From the NCBI GenBank assembly GCA_041577335.1, contig JBFGJH010000005.1, positions 62,001 through 94,763 of the forward strand: 32,763 bases of DNA, written 5' to 3'. Position 1 is the stretch's first letter. Each line of letters opens with the position of its first letter. The stretch is from Acidimicrobiia bacterium. GTDB taxonomy: Bacteria > Actinomycetota > Acidimicrobiia > Spongiisociales > JAENVV01. Shown piece after piece: positions 8,138 through 17,193 of this stretch. The translations under genes were made by a program, and so were the position numbers. Below the pieces are notes generated by a model, which worked only from the letters and a program-made list of their open reading frames with translations, was not told the DNA's origin and ran no database searches.

Positions 8138-9826
8138 CTATGGGGTGAACGCAATCTCGTCCATCACCTCGGTGCGGAACCCCGACGGATCTGCGTCGGT
8201 CGCTCCTGCCGCGAATAGCTCAAACCAATTGATTCCATCGTCACACACGAGCCCGTCAATCGACGAGGCGATCGACGGGTCCAGCAGGTATTGACCCGTG
8301 AAGAACCCGGCACATGGACTGATACCGAGCGACGTATGACCCGGCGCGTTGACAGTGACCAACGCAGAGTTGGGCAGAAGGTCCCGCACGGTCACTGCCC
8401 CTTCGTATCGGGTGGCGGGATCGTACAAGTTGCCGATCACCATCACTGGATAGGCCGTCGCGGCCGTGTAGGGGCCGGTGTAGGCGTCATCGTCGGTGAG
8501 TGACCACTCGATGCATGGGTAGCTCGCCCATGTCCATAGGCTGCCAAAATATCCGTAGGTGGCATCGGACGCTTGTCCTGCATCAAAATAGGTCTGATAC
8601 GACGAGGGGTTGCTGGTATCGGAGCACGCTACGCCGGGAAAACCCTCGACGACGTTGGGATAGCGCGACACCGCATGGCTGTCGAGGCCTGACGCCTCTT
8701 GGAGATCACGAACGGCCGCCCCGACCTCGATCGGCGTGGCGGTGGCTTCTAACACCGCCAAGAAAAATGCCAATTCGGGATAGCCGAATGGGTTATACAA
8801 ACCGCCGAGCGTCTCGCCGATGAAATTGGTGTAGTCGATGAAGAACCGGCGGCCGTTGAAAGGGTTGATACCCATGACAGGCGACGCAGCCACCTGATCC
8901 GCGAGGGCGGCGTATCTGGCCTCAGAATCCGGCGCAAATGCACACGCCGAAGGGCCCGCCTCGTCACACTGACGGAAGAACTCATCAAGCGTTGCTTGCG
9001 CCCCCTCGTCAGAGCGGAGCCTCGTTGAGAATGGCTCCGCTGCCTCGACATTTGCCCACGCCACCGGGTCGAGGACACCGTCGACCACAACCGCTCGGAC
9101 ATTTTCGGGGAACAAGTTGGCGTAGGTGACACCGACGTAGGTGCCGTAGGACAGCCCGACAAAGTTCATGTACTCATCGCCAACGGCCTCCCGCATCAAG
9201 TCCATGTCTCGGGCGACGTTGGCCGTTGACATGTGATCGGCGATCGGCGGATCAGCAGCCACGCACGAATCCTCGAGGAGCTGCGCACTCGCTTCGAAGA
9301 TCGGGATCTCGGATTCAGTCTGGGGAAACGCAATGGGAGTGAAGACTGCAACTGCGTCTTTCAAGCTGTCGAAGCACACGAGCTCGTCGCTCCGCAAGAT
9401 GCCGCGAGGATCAAAGCCGACGATGTCGAACCGCTCGGCGATTTCGGGCCCCCATTCGAATTGGGCGAATGGGCCAAAGAACAGCGCAAAGTCGATGCCC
9501 GATCCGCCGGGGCCGCCAGGATTGAGAAAGATACTGCCGATCTTGTTGTCAGGGTCGGTCGCCGGCAGCCTCACCATGGAGATCGTGGTTGTTTCGCCTT
9601 CGGGCTCGTCATAATCGAGGGGCACCTCGAGCTGGGCGCATTCGTACACAACGCCGAGGTCCGCGAACTGTTCGGCAACCTTGTCGAAGCACGTACGCCA
9701 CGCCAGATCGCGCCCGCCCCCATCGTGGTTGGTGGCTTGTGCTGGAGCTGTCGCCCCGAGCGTTGCGGCAGTCACCAACGCGAGTATCACGGCGATCATC
9801 CTGGGTCGGCGAGCGTGTTTCGGCAT
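8138..9826 (-). CDS. Secreted alpha/beta hydrolase, tripeptidyl aminopeptidase (TAP)-like
   Basis: Signal peptide ending AQA; NPGGPGGSG, FDPRG, nucleophile GLSYG, DPATRY, GHT; RBS GAGGAGGG before ATG 9826. Confidence 0.92.
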   Translation of the reverse strand: MPKHARRPRMIAVILALVTAATLGATAPAQATNHDGGGRDLAWRTCFDKVAEQFADLGVVYECAQLEVPLDYDEPEGETTTISMVRLPATDPDNKIGSIFLNPGGPGGSGIDFALFFGPFAQFEWGPEIAERFDIVGFDPRGILRSDELVCFDSLKDAVAVFTPIAFPQTESEIPIFEASAQLLEDSCVAADPPIADHMSTANVARDMDLMREAVGDEYMNFVGLSYGTYVGVTYANLFPENVRAVVVDGVLDPVAWANVEAAEPFSTRLRSDEGAQATLDEFFRQCDEAGPSACAFAPDSEARYAALADQVAASPVMGINPFNGRRFFIDYTNFIGETLGGLYNPFGYPELAFFLAVLEATATPIEVGAAVRDLQEASGLDSHAVSRYPNVVEGFPGVACSDTSNPSSYQTYFDAGQASDATYGYFGSLWTWASYPCIEWSLTDDDAYTGPYTAATAYPVMVIGNLYDPATRYEGAVTVRDLLPNSALVTVNAPGHTSLGISPCAGFFTGQYLLDPSIASSIDGLVCDDGINWFELFAAGATDADPSGFRTEVMDEIAFTP

Positions 9827-9957
9827 AGATCCCTCCTCGTACGGGAAGGTACGCTCTGGCGCAGCTCCCCGCATTTACCTGGAAGGTCCGAACCTAGCCG
9901 CGGCCAGACCCATCTGGGACGGCGCTTTTGCGGCGCTGTGAGGCCGCGAGTGGAGCC

Positions 9958-10269
9958 TTACCTGACCCGGACCCTTGCCTCGGCCTCTGCCTCGATCGAC
10001 CTGGCCATCTTCTCCCGCATGTCGACTTCGAGGATTGGGAACTCTTCGAACGGTGTCAGGTGCACTTTGAGCTCGAAGCCGGCAGGACGAAGAATGCCAT
10101 TGAGCTGTCGGAAACCAGGGTCGGATTCTCCTCGCTCGATCCGCGACACGGTCTGCTGGCTCACGGACGCAAGGGAGGCGAGTTGGGCTTGGGTGAGTCG
10201 CTTCTTCCTTCTTGCTTCCATGATCAAGGCAGCCGCCATCGACGGAGCATCGCGTTCGCGGCGTCGCAT
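9958..10269 (-). CDS. XRE/HTH_3 family DNA-binding protein
   Basis: ARRKKRLTQAQLASLASVSQQTVSRIERGESDP; RBS GAAGGAGG. Confidence 0.85.
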   Translation of the reverse strand: MRRRERDAPSMAAALIMEARRKKRLTQAQLASLASVSQQTVSRIERGESDPGFRQLNGILRPAGFELKVHLTPFEEFPILEVDMREKMARSIEAEAEARVRVR

Positions 10270-10481
10270 GGGAACCTCCTTCGAGGGCTACTCGATATTC
10301 GACGATACGCCGTAGCCGGTGCGGCGCAAGAGCCGATAGTCCCGATATCTCGCAGCACGGCATGGCTCGGCACAACGATGAATCCTCCCCAACCGAAGGG
10401 CATGCGTCAGGTTGCACTGCCGGACCGCAGTTCCAATTGCTGCGTGCTAGCAATGGTCGAACACGACTCCCGAAGGTGACG

Positions 10482-11270
10482 ATGGCCAAGCTGCTGGACG
10501 AGTGGGACCTGACCCACGTCTCCTACGAAGGAACCGCGAAACCGGTGTATCGCCGCGGCACGGGCCCCGGCGTCATCGTGATCCACGAGGTGCCCGGCAT
10601 CACGCCGCCCGTTGCGTCTTTCGCCGAACGAGTCGTCGACCGAGGGTTCACCGTGTTCATGCCATCGCTGTTCGGCACCGTTGGCAAGAAGAAGACGATG
10701 CCATACGCAATCGAGTCGGCCGTGCGCTCCTGCGTGTCTCGAGAATTCACCTGCCTCGCAACAGGGACCGCCAGCCCGATAACGGTTTGGCTACGCAACC
10801 TTGCCCGCCGGGCCCATGAAGAGCTGGGCGGACCAGGAGTCGGAGCGGTCGGTATGTGCCTGACTGGCGGATTCGCGCTGGCCATGATGGTCGACGACAC
10901 CATCGCCGCCCCGGTCCTCAGCCAGCCGGCAACTCCGTTCCCGATCGGCCGCCGGCGAGCGGCCGCATTGGCATTGTCAGAGACCGACTGGCAACGCGTC
11001 GAGAGTCGAGTGGCGGCCGGCTGTCCTGTACTCGGGCTCCGGTTCAGCAATGACCCGGCCGTCCCAGCAGCACGATTCCAGACCCTGCGCGACAGGCTCG
11101 GTGATGGATTCCTTGCTGTCGAGATCGACTCTTCATCGGGCAACGAGTTCGGAATCAAGACGAGCGCTCACTCGGTGCTCACCGAGGACCTCGTCGACGA
11201 GCCGGGCCACCCCACCCGCCATGCCCTCGACCACGTCCTCACGTTCTTTGAGGACCGGCTGCACGCCTGA
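10482..11270 (+). CDS. Dienelactone hydrolase family protein
   Basis: VIVIHEVPG, nucleophile GMCLTGG, FSNDP, AHSVLT. Confidence 0.88.
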   Translation: MAKLLDEWDLTHVSYEGTAKPVYRRGTGPGVIVIHEVPGITPPVASFAERVVDRGFTVFMPSLFGTVGKKKTMPYAIESAVRSCVSREFTCLATGTASPITVWLRNLARRAHEELGGPGVGAVGMCLTGGFALAMMVDDTIAAPVLSQPATPFPIGRRRAAALALSETDWQRVESRVAAGCPVLGLRFSNDPAVPAARFQTLRDRLGDGFLAVEIDSSSGNEFGIKTSAHSVLTEDLVDEPGHPTRHALDHVLTFFEDRLHA

Positions 11271-11308
11271 GCTCATCTGCCCCCAGACCGCTCAGGCGTG
11301 CCCGCCGG

Positions 11309-11650
11309 CTACACCGCGTCGGCCCCAACCTCACCGGTGCGGATCCGAATCGCCCGCGACACTGGTGTCACCCAGATCTTTCCATCGCCGACCTCACCTG
11401 ATCCCGCCACCTGGGCAATCTCATCGGCGATGCGATCCGCGTCGTGGTCGTCACAGAGGATCTCGAGCTTGATCTTGGGGACGAAGTCCACCTTGTACTC
11501 GGCGCCGCGGTAGGTCTCCGTATGGCCACCTTGGCGTCCGAAGCCGCTGGCCTCGGTGACGGTCATTCCCGCCACGCCGGCGCCCTTGAGTGCCTCCTTC
11601 ACGGTCTCGAGTCGATGTGGCTTGATGATCGCTGTAATGAGCTGCAACAT
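11309..11650 (-). CDS. glnK: P-II nitrogen regulatory protein
   Basis: ITAIIKP, GFGRQGGHTETYRGAEY (T-loop Tyr), GDGKIWV, IRIRTGE; directly downstream of amt. Confidence 0.96.
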   Translation of the reverse strand: MLQLITAIIKPHRLETVKEALKGAGVAGMTVTEASGFGRQGGHTETYRGAEYKVDFVPKIKLEILCDDHDADRIADEIAQVAGSGEVGDGKIWVTPVSRAIRIRTGEVGADAV

Positions 11651-11664
11651 CTGATTCCTTTCAA

Positions 11665-13059
11665 TCAAGTCTGAGTGGCGAAGCCGGGGGCCGAGCCCAC
11701 CGATGCGAGTTCGGCGGCGCCGGGGTCATGACCGTAGCCCGGCGAGCCGTGCTCCATGACGTCGAGCCCACTGCGCTCTTCTTCTTCGCTCACTCGCAGC
11801 CCAATGGTGGCCTTGATGGCGAGGAACAGCGCTCCCGCTGCCACGGTGACGAATACGAAGTGCACGACCACGAACAGCAACTGGGTCCACAGTTGGTCCA
11901 AGCCGCCTCCGTAGAACAGGCCGGCATCTTCGCGGCCGAGAAATGCGTCGTCGTAGGTCGCGAAGAATGCGACCGCCAACGTCCCCCACGTCCCGACAAC
12001 ACCGTGCACCGAGATGGCGCCGACGGGGTCATCGATCTTCATACGATCAAACATCTTCACCGAGAAGACAACGATGACGCCACCGATCGCTCCGATCACG
12101 ACCGCCGCCCAAGTCTCGATCGCCCCCACGGGAGCCGTCACGGCCACGAGGCCAGCGAGGAGCCCGTTGGCTGCGATAGAGACATCCGGCTTTCCGTCGA
12201 CGATCCAGTTCACTGCCATGGCGGCTATCGCTCCAGCTGCACCAGCCATCAGGGTCTTGAGCGCGATCTGGGGAACAAAGGCGTCGGCGGCCAGCTCCGA
12301 ACCTGGGTTGAAGCCAAACCAGCCGATGAAGAGGATCAATGCGCCGAGCACGACGAAGGGGATCGAATGACCGGGAATGGCCCTCGGCTTGCCATCGCGG
12401 CCATAGCGACCGATCCGCGAGCCGAGAATGATCGCTCCCATCATGGCCGCCCACCCGCCGGTGGCATGGACGATCGTGGACCCTGCGAAGTCCGAGAACG
12501 GGTATTCGAGCTGTGCCAGCCAGCCGCCGCCCCAAGTCCATCGAACCACTATCGGGTAAATCAAAGCCGTGATGAAGAAGCTGTAGACGAAGTAGCTCTT
12601 GAACTTCGTCCGCTCCGCCATGGCGCCAGACACGATTGTGGCAGCGGTCGCCGCAAAGGCCGCCTGAAAGAAGAAGAACGTCGAAGGAAGCAGTCCTTCG
12701 GCGCTGGTGTCTTCGACGCCAGGGATTCCAAAGTCGAATCCGAACCATCCGCCGAGAAGCTCGTCGCCACCGAACGCAATGCCGAATCCGACGAGCGCGA
12801 ACGCCAGCACGCCCGCCGACATGTCCATGAGGTTCTTCATCATGATGTTCGACACGTTCTTGGCTCGCGTGAGTCCAGCCTCGATCAGCGCAAACCCGGC
12901 TTGCATGAAGAAGACCAACACACCGGCAATGAAGATGAACAAGTTGTCCAGCACGAATTGGCTGGCCGGGGCCAGCTCCTCCTGCGCAAAAGCGGGGCTG
13001 GCGAGTAGCACCACCAATATGGCGGACAGCACAGACCCCGTGAGCAGTTTCCGTTTCAC
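11665..13059 (-). CDS. amtB: Ammonium transporter
   Basis: DFAGSTIVH and DDPVGAISVHG twin-His motifs, GWFGFN, multiple TM helices; RBS GGAGGG. Confidence 0.96.
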   Translation of the reverse strand: MKRKLLTGSVLSAILVVLLASPAFAQEELAPASQFVLDNLFIFIAGVLVFFMQAGFALIEAGLTRAKNVSNIMMKNLMDMSAGVLAFALVGFGIAFGGDELLGGWFGFDFGIPGVEDTSAEGLLPSTFFFFQAAFAATAATIVSGAMAERTKFKSYFVYSFFITALIYPIVVRWTWGGGWLAQLEYPFSDFAGSTIVHATGGWAAMMGAIILGSRIGRYGRDGKPRAIPGHSIPFVVLGALILFIGWFGFNPGSELAADAFVPQIALKTLMAGAAGAIAAMAVNWIVDGKPDVSIAANGLLAGLVAVTAPVGAIETWAAVVIGAIGGVIVVFSVKMFDRMKIDDPVGAISVHGVVGTWGTLAVAFFATYDDAFLGREDAGLFYGGGLDQLWTQLLFVVVHFVFVTVAAGALFLAIKATIGLRVSEEEERSGLDVMEHGSPGYGHDPGAAELASVGSAPGFATQT

Positions 13060-13107
13060 ATTCCCTCCAGTGTTTCCCGTGTTCGGCGCAGAAGGTAAGA
13101 GTGAAAC

Positions 13108-13134
13108 GTTTCGCCTTTGTTTCGTCCGAATGAA
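13108..13134 (-). promoter_or_regulatory. GlnR-type binding site upstream of amtB
   Basis: Minus strand TTCAT-N6-GAAAC-N6-GAAAC with 11-bp periodicity, followed by -10 TACCTT (13092-13097). Confidence 0.75.
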
Positions 13135-13199
13135 CGCCGTCGAACTCTGGCGCCCGACGCAAGCGTGTCGCTACGCTCGCTGTGGAGGAGGAACACGTA

Positions 13200-13637
13200 G
13201 TGGCCACGGTGAGCACCGCCCGGAAAATCAATGCTCCTATCGAGAAAGTCTTTGACGTGGTTGCCCACATCGAAAACTTCTCCAGGGCAGTTCCCCATAT
13301 CACCGACGTCGAGTTTCTCACTGACCAACATCGGGGAGCGGGAACGAAGTTCAAGGAGACGCGGGTAATCCGCGGCCGCGAGGCAAGCACGGTGCTCGAG
13401 GTGACCGAATACACGGCCAACGAGCGAGTTCGCATGGTCTCCGACACGGGAGGGGCCGTTTGGGACACTGTCTTCCGGATGCGCCCGGTGGAGGGTGGCA
13501 CTCAGTTGGGCATGATCATGGACGCCCACCCGCACACGCTGCTTGCTCGGATCACCACTCCGATCTTCAAAGGAACGATCGGCAAAGCGGTAGAGGCCGA
13601 CATGGACGCCGTGAAGGCGTATTGCGAAGCCCAGTAA
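13200..13637 (+). CDS. SRPBCC (polyketide cyclase/CoxG-like) family protein
   Basis: INAPIEKVFDVVAHIENFSRAVPHI...GAGTKFKETR; RBS GGAGGAGG before GTG 13200. Confidence 0.87.
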   Translation: MATVSTARKINAPIEKVFDVVAHIENFSRAVPHITDVEFLTDQHRGAGTKFKETRVIRGREASTVLEVTEYTANERVRMVSDTGGAVWDTVFRMRPVEGGTQLGMIMDAHPHTLLARITTPIFKGTIGKAVEADMDAVKAYCEAQ

Positions 13638-13830
13638 GGCGGTCGCGAGATTCTTCGCCTGGGCGATCCCCACCCTTTTTTTCAGGACTCCCCTACCTCC
13701 CGCGTCCCTGATCGCACGAGACGACTCCGACGCTAGAGCTTTTTGAACTCGACCCCGTCGAAATACTCGCGACAGCCTGAACCGCCCATTCCATTTCCCT
13801 ACGATTCCAGTGAGCGAAGGGGGTGTGCGC

Positions 13831-14655
13831 GTGACTGGGCTCTACGACCGACTCACTGAAGCCGGCGCAGTGCTGAGGGACCGCACGGAGCGGGCACAGC
13901 ACGAGGTGGTCGTCGTGCTCGGCTCGGGCCTCGGGACCTATCCGGCGTCCCTTCCTGGCGCCACCGCGGTTCCGTACCAAGAGCTTCCGGGGTTTCCGAT
14001 GCCGAGTGCGGTGGGCCACTCTGGCACTGCTTACTCGGTCCAGATGGGTGGGAATCGGGTCCTCCTGTTGGCGGGGCGCGCTCACGCCTACGAGGGCTAC
14101 CCCATGGACGAGGTCACCTTCCCGGTCCGGATGGCAGTGCTGGCCGGCTGCCGGACCGTGGTCCTCACCAACGCCGCCGGCGGCTGTGGCGACGGCATCG
14201 AACCGGGTGACCTCGTGGCAATCACCGACCACATCAACATGTCCGGGATCAGCCCGCTCATGGGCGCCAACGACGAGCGGCTCGGGCCTCGCTTCCCCGA
14301 TATGACCGATGTCTATACCCCCCGGCTGCGGAGACTCGCCCACGACGCAGCGCAGCGGGCAGGCATCGAACTGAAAGGGGGCGTCTACTTCTGGTGGCAC
14401 GGCCCCATGTACGAGACACCTGCCGAGGTTCAGATGGCCAGGAGCCTCGGGGCGTCGTTGGTAGGCATGTCGACGGTTCCCGAGGCCACAGCCGCCCGGC
14501 ACATGGGGGCGGACGTACTGGGAATCTCCCTCTGCACCAATCTGGCAGCTGGGATCTCTGAGAAACGGCTCTCCTCGGAGGAGGTCATCGACACGGCCGG
14601 CGCAGCATCGGCAGGTGTTGCCACATTCTTGAACGCGCTGCTCCCCTCGCTCTGA
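13831..14655 (+). CDS. punA: Purine nucleoside phosphorylase (trimeric type)
   Basis: VLGSGLG, GRAHAYEG, LTNAAGG, GPMYETPAE, VGMSTVPE, TNLAAG; start could alternatively be 13810. Confidence 0.94.
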   Translation: MTGLYDRLTEAGAVLRDRTERAQHEVVVVLGSGLGTYPASLPGATAVPYQELPGFPMPSAVGHSGTAYSVQMGGNRVLLLAGRAHAYEGYPMDEVTFPVRMAVLAGCRTVVLTNAAGGCGDGIEPGDLVAITDHINMSGISPLMGANDERLGPRFPDMTDVYTPRLRRLAHDAAQRAGIELKGGVYFWWHGPMYETPAEVQMARSLGASLVGMSTVPEATAARHMGADVLGISLCTNLAAGISEKRLSSEEVIDTAGAASAGVATFLNALLPSL

Positions 14656-14717
14656 CCCTGGGACAACCGGCGCTACGACGATGTGATCGTGTCTGCGCCC
14701 TTCTCAGCACTTCGCAT

Positions 14718-14743
14718 GTTTCAGATATGGGCCCGGTGGGTAA
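14718..14743 (+). promoter_or_regulatory. SigF/SigB-type general stress promoter
   Basis: GTTT-N16-GGGTAA upstream of a CsbD-like gene. Confidence 0.75.
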
Positions 14744-14774
14744 GAAACCCTTGTACGCAACCGAGGGAGGAAAC

Positions 14775-15026
14775 ATGAACCTCTACGAACGCATCGACGC
14801 CGAATGGGACGAGTTCAAAGCCAAGGCTCGTACGAAATGGGCCAAGCTCCAGGACACCGATTGGAACGAGATCGAGCGTGAGACCAAAGGTCGTTGGGAT
14901 CGTTTCACGAACAAGGTGAAGGCCTACTACAACCAGACCACCGACGAAATCCAAGATGCTGCCGAGGGCTTCTTCGATGACGACACGGCCGACGAAAGCC
15001 ATCGGGACGCCGTCTCCAGCTCATAA
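14775..15026 (+). CDS. CsbD/YjbJ-like stress protein
   Basis: ERIDAEWDEFKAKARTKWAKLQDTDWNEI...GRWDRFTNKVKAYY; RBS GAGGGAGG. Confidence 0.82.
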   Translation: MNLYERIDAEWDEFKAKARTKWAKLQDTDWNEIERETKGRWDRFTNKVKAYYNQTTDEIQDAAEGFFDDDTADESHRDAVSSS

Positions 15027-15094
15027 CAACACGCCGCTGGGAGCAGATGCGGGTGCGCGACTTCTGGTTGCGCACCCGCTTTGTACGGCCCCGG

Positions 15095-15736
15095 CTATTG
15101 GCCCAGGTACTGCAGCACCGCCAGTACCCGGCGGTGGTCCTCCGGAGCCGGCAGCAGATCGAGCTTGGTGAAGACACTGGAGATGTGCTTTTCCACGCCA
15201 CCCTGGGAGATTCCCAGCTCGTGGGCGATGGCTCGGTTGGAACGGCCCTCTGCCATCAAACCGAGGACATCCAACTCCCGAGAGGTGAGCCGGTCCAGGC
15301 CGGTGGAGCCTCTCCTTTTCACCAGCTGAGCGACCACTTCCGCGTCGATGGCGGTCCCGCCGGTTGCCACCAATTCCAACGTCGACAAGAAGTCGGCCAC
15401 ATCGGCCACCCGATCCTTGAGAAGATAGGCGACCTTGCGTGTGCTGCCTGCGATCAGCTCGAGGGCATAACGCTCCTCGACGTACTGCGACAGAACCACG
15501 ATCGCCACCTCGGGCAGTTCGTTCCGGATCTCCACCGCGGATCGAAGACCCTCATCGGTGAACGTCGGCGGCATCCGCACGTCGACAATGGCCACGTCGG
15601 GAGAATGCTCCACGACCGCGGCAACCAGTGATGGACCGTCGTCGCCTGTCGCAACCACGTCATGCCCCGCATCCTCGAGGAGCCGGCGCAGGCCTTCCCG
15701 GAGAAGAACCGAATCCTCGCCGATGACTATCCGCAC
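15095..15736 (-). CDS. NarL/LuxR family response regulator
   Basis: IVIGEDS, IVDVRMPP, YLLK, LTSRELDVLGLMAEGRSNRAIA. Confidence 0.95.
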   Translation of the reverse strand: MRIVIGEDSVLLREGLRRLLEDAGHDVVATGDDGPSLVAAVVEHSPDVAIVDVRMPPTFTDEGLRSAVEIRNELPEVAIVVLSQYVEERYALELIAGSTRKVAYLLKDRVADVADFLSTLELVATGGTAIDAEVVAQLVKRRGSTGLDRLTSRELDVLGLMAEGRSNRAIAHELGISQGGVEKHISSVFTKLDLLPAPEDHRRVLAVLQYLGQ

Positions 15737-16992
15737 GGAATCTCAGCTCGCACGAGCGAGGGTCCTCCCACGGGGCTGAGCACCGCCAGGCGGCCGCCCA
15801 TCGCCTCCACGCGATCGGCCAAACCCGACAAGCCGCTCCCTGTGGCGATCGCCCCTCCTACACCGTCATCCATCACTTCGACCACCACGGAATTGTCCAC
15901 TTCTTCCACGGTGACCGCAACGATCGAAGCCAACGAATGTTTGCCGGCGTTGGCCAGTGCTTCGGAGACGACGAAATATGCCGCCGACTCCACGCTCATT
16001 GGGGGTCGGCGATCCAGGAGGAAGGTGATCTGGACCGGGATCGGTGAGCGCGCCGCCAGCGCCGACAAGGCCGGGTCGAGGCCGCGATCCGCCAGCACCG
16101 CTGGATGGATCCCCCGCGCCAGGTCCCGCAGCTCTTCCAAGGCCAGCTTGGCGTTGCCATGGGCGTCGTCGATGAGGCGTCGCGCCCCATCGGGGTCTTC
16201 ATCGAACTTGGCCTTGGCTCTCCCCAGTTCCATTGCCAGAGCGACCAGTCGTTGTTGGGCTCCGTCATGAAGGTCGCGCTCGATCCGGCGCCGTTCCATC
16301 TCGGCCACGTCGACCGTCTTCTGTGACCGCACTTCGAGCGTTCGGACCTCGCCTTCGAGAGCTCGAGCACGGGTGGGCCCGAGCATGCCGGCCGCCAGCC
16401 GCCCGTGAATGTCGCCGGCCGCTCGCGTCACGCGCGCCGCCACCGGCAGCAGCGCGATGCCGATCAGCGAAGCAACCGCCGCCCCCGGGAAGCTGTCCAC
16501 CTCCCACAGCCCTATCTGCACGCCGTCGGTCCAATACCAGAGCGGAGCAACTGCCATGCCGAGGGACGCCGACCACACCACCGCCAAGAACGTGAACCAC
16601 ACGATCCCGACGGGAAACAGGAGGAACAACCACAACGCGTCGCGAACAGTGGCCGGATCACTGAGGTAGGCGCGGGCAGTCTTGATGGCACCGTTCCCGG
16701 GAGCCGGGCGATAAGGGACGGCGATCTCCGTGTCACCGAGAGCGTCCGCCAGGGACCGCTCCATCATGGCACCGGCCCGCCACAACAGAACCAGGCCGGC
16801 GAGAATCGGCACGCCCACGATGATGACGAGCATGCCAAAGCCGAGCGATAGCAGCGTCACCGAGATGATGAACCAGAACTGGCCGAGCGGAAACGTGGAC
16901 AGCAGATACGCGAAGCGGCGCCACGTGGTTGGGTCGACAACTGGCCGGAACCAACGCACGAGAGCTCCCCAACTTGTCACCTTGTCACCCAT
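15727..16992 (-). CDS. Membrane sensor histidine kinase (HisKA_3) with intramembrane sensor domain
   Basis: ERRRIERDLHDGAQQ, EALANAGKH, DDGVGGA, GSGLSGLADRV; RBS GGAGGAGG. Confidence 0.94.
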   Translation of the reverse strand: MGDKVTSWGALVRWFRPVVDPTTWRRFAYLLSTFPLGQFWFIISVTLLSLGFGMLVIIVGVPILAGLVLLWRAGAMMERSLADALGDTEIAVPYRPAPGNGAIKTARAYLSDPATVRDALWLFLLFPVGIVWFTFLAVVWSASLGMAVAPLWYWTDGVQIGLWEVDSFPGAAVASLIGIALLPVAARVTRAAGDIHGRLAAGMLGPTRARALEGEVRTLEVRSQKTVDVAEMERRRIERDLHDGAQQRLVALAMELGRAKAKFDEDPDGARRLIDDAHGNAKLALEELRDLARGIHPAVLADRGLDPALSALAARSPIPVQITFLLDRRPPMSVESAAYFVVSEALANAGKHSLASIVAVTVEEVDNSVVVEVMDDGVGGAIATGSGLSGLADRVEAMGGRLAVLSPVGGPSLVRAEIPCG

Positions 16993-17193
16993 CGCACCTC
17001 CTCCGAATCCTGCCACAACCGTATGCCGGAGGGAGTGCCGGCGAAATGGTGCAGCCTGGGACCTCTTCCAGTGGGGATAACCCGAATCCGCTCCGTCAAT
17101 TGCCCCAATCCAAAAGGTTCACCCGGAACGGGTGGTGACGCCTCAGCGCACACAGAGGATGGTCACATTCCACCGATCCGAGAGGTAGCCAAC

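Noticed and set aside
10332..10339. GCCGATAG as another sigma28-like promoter
   Set aside because: No TCAAG-like -35 at the expected distance
11728..13501. 426-aa (+) and 484-aa (-) ORFs over amtB
   Set aside because: Alternative frames of a clear Amt gene; Arg-rich and motif-less
13640..13800. Intergenic stretch with a T-run and an 18-aa minus-strand frame (MGGSGCREYFDGVEFKKL)
   Set aside because: Too short and lacks a convincing RBS or terminator stem; cannot be supported
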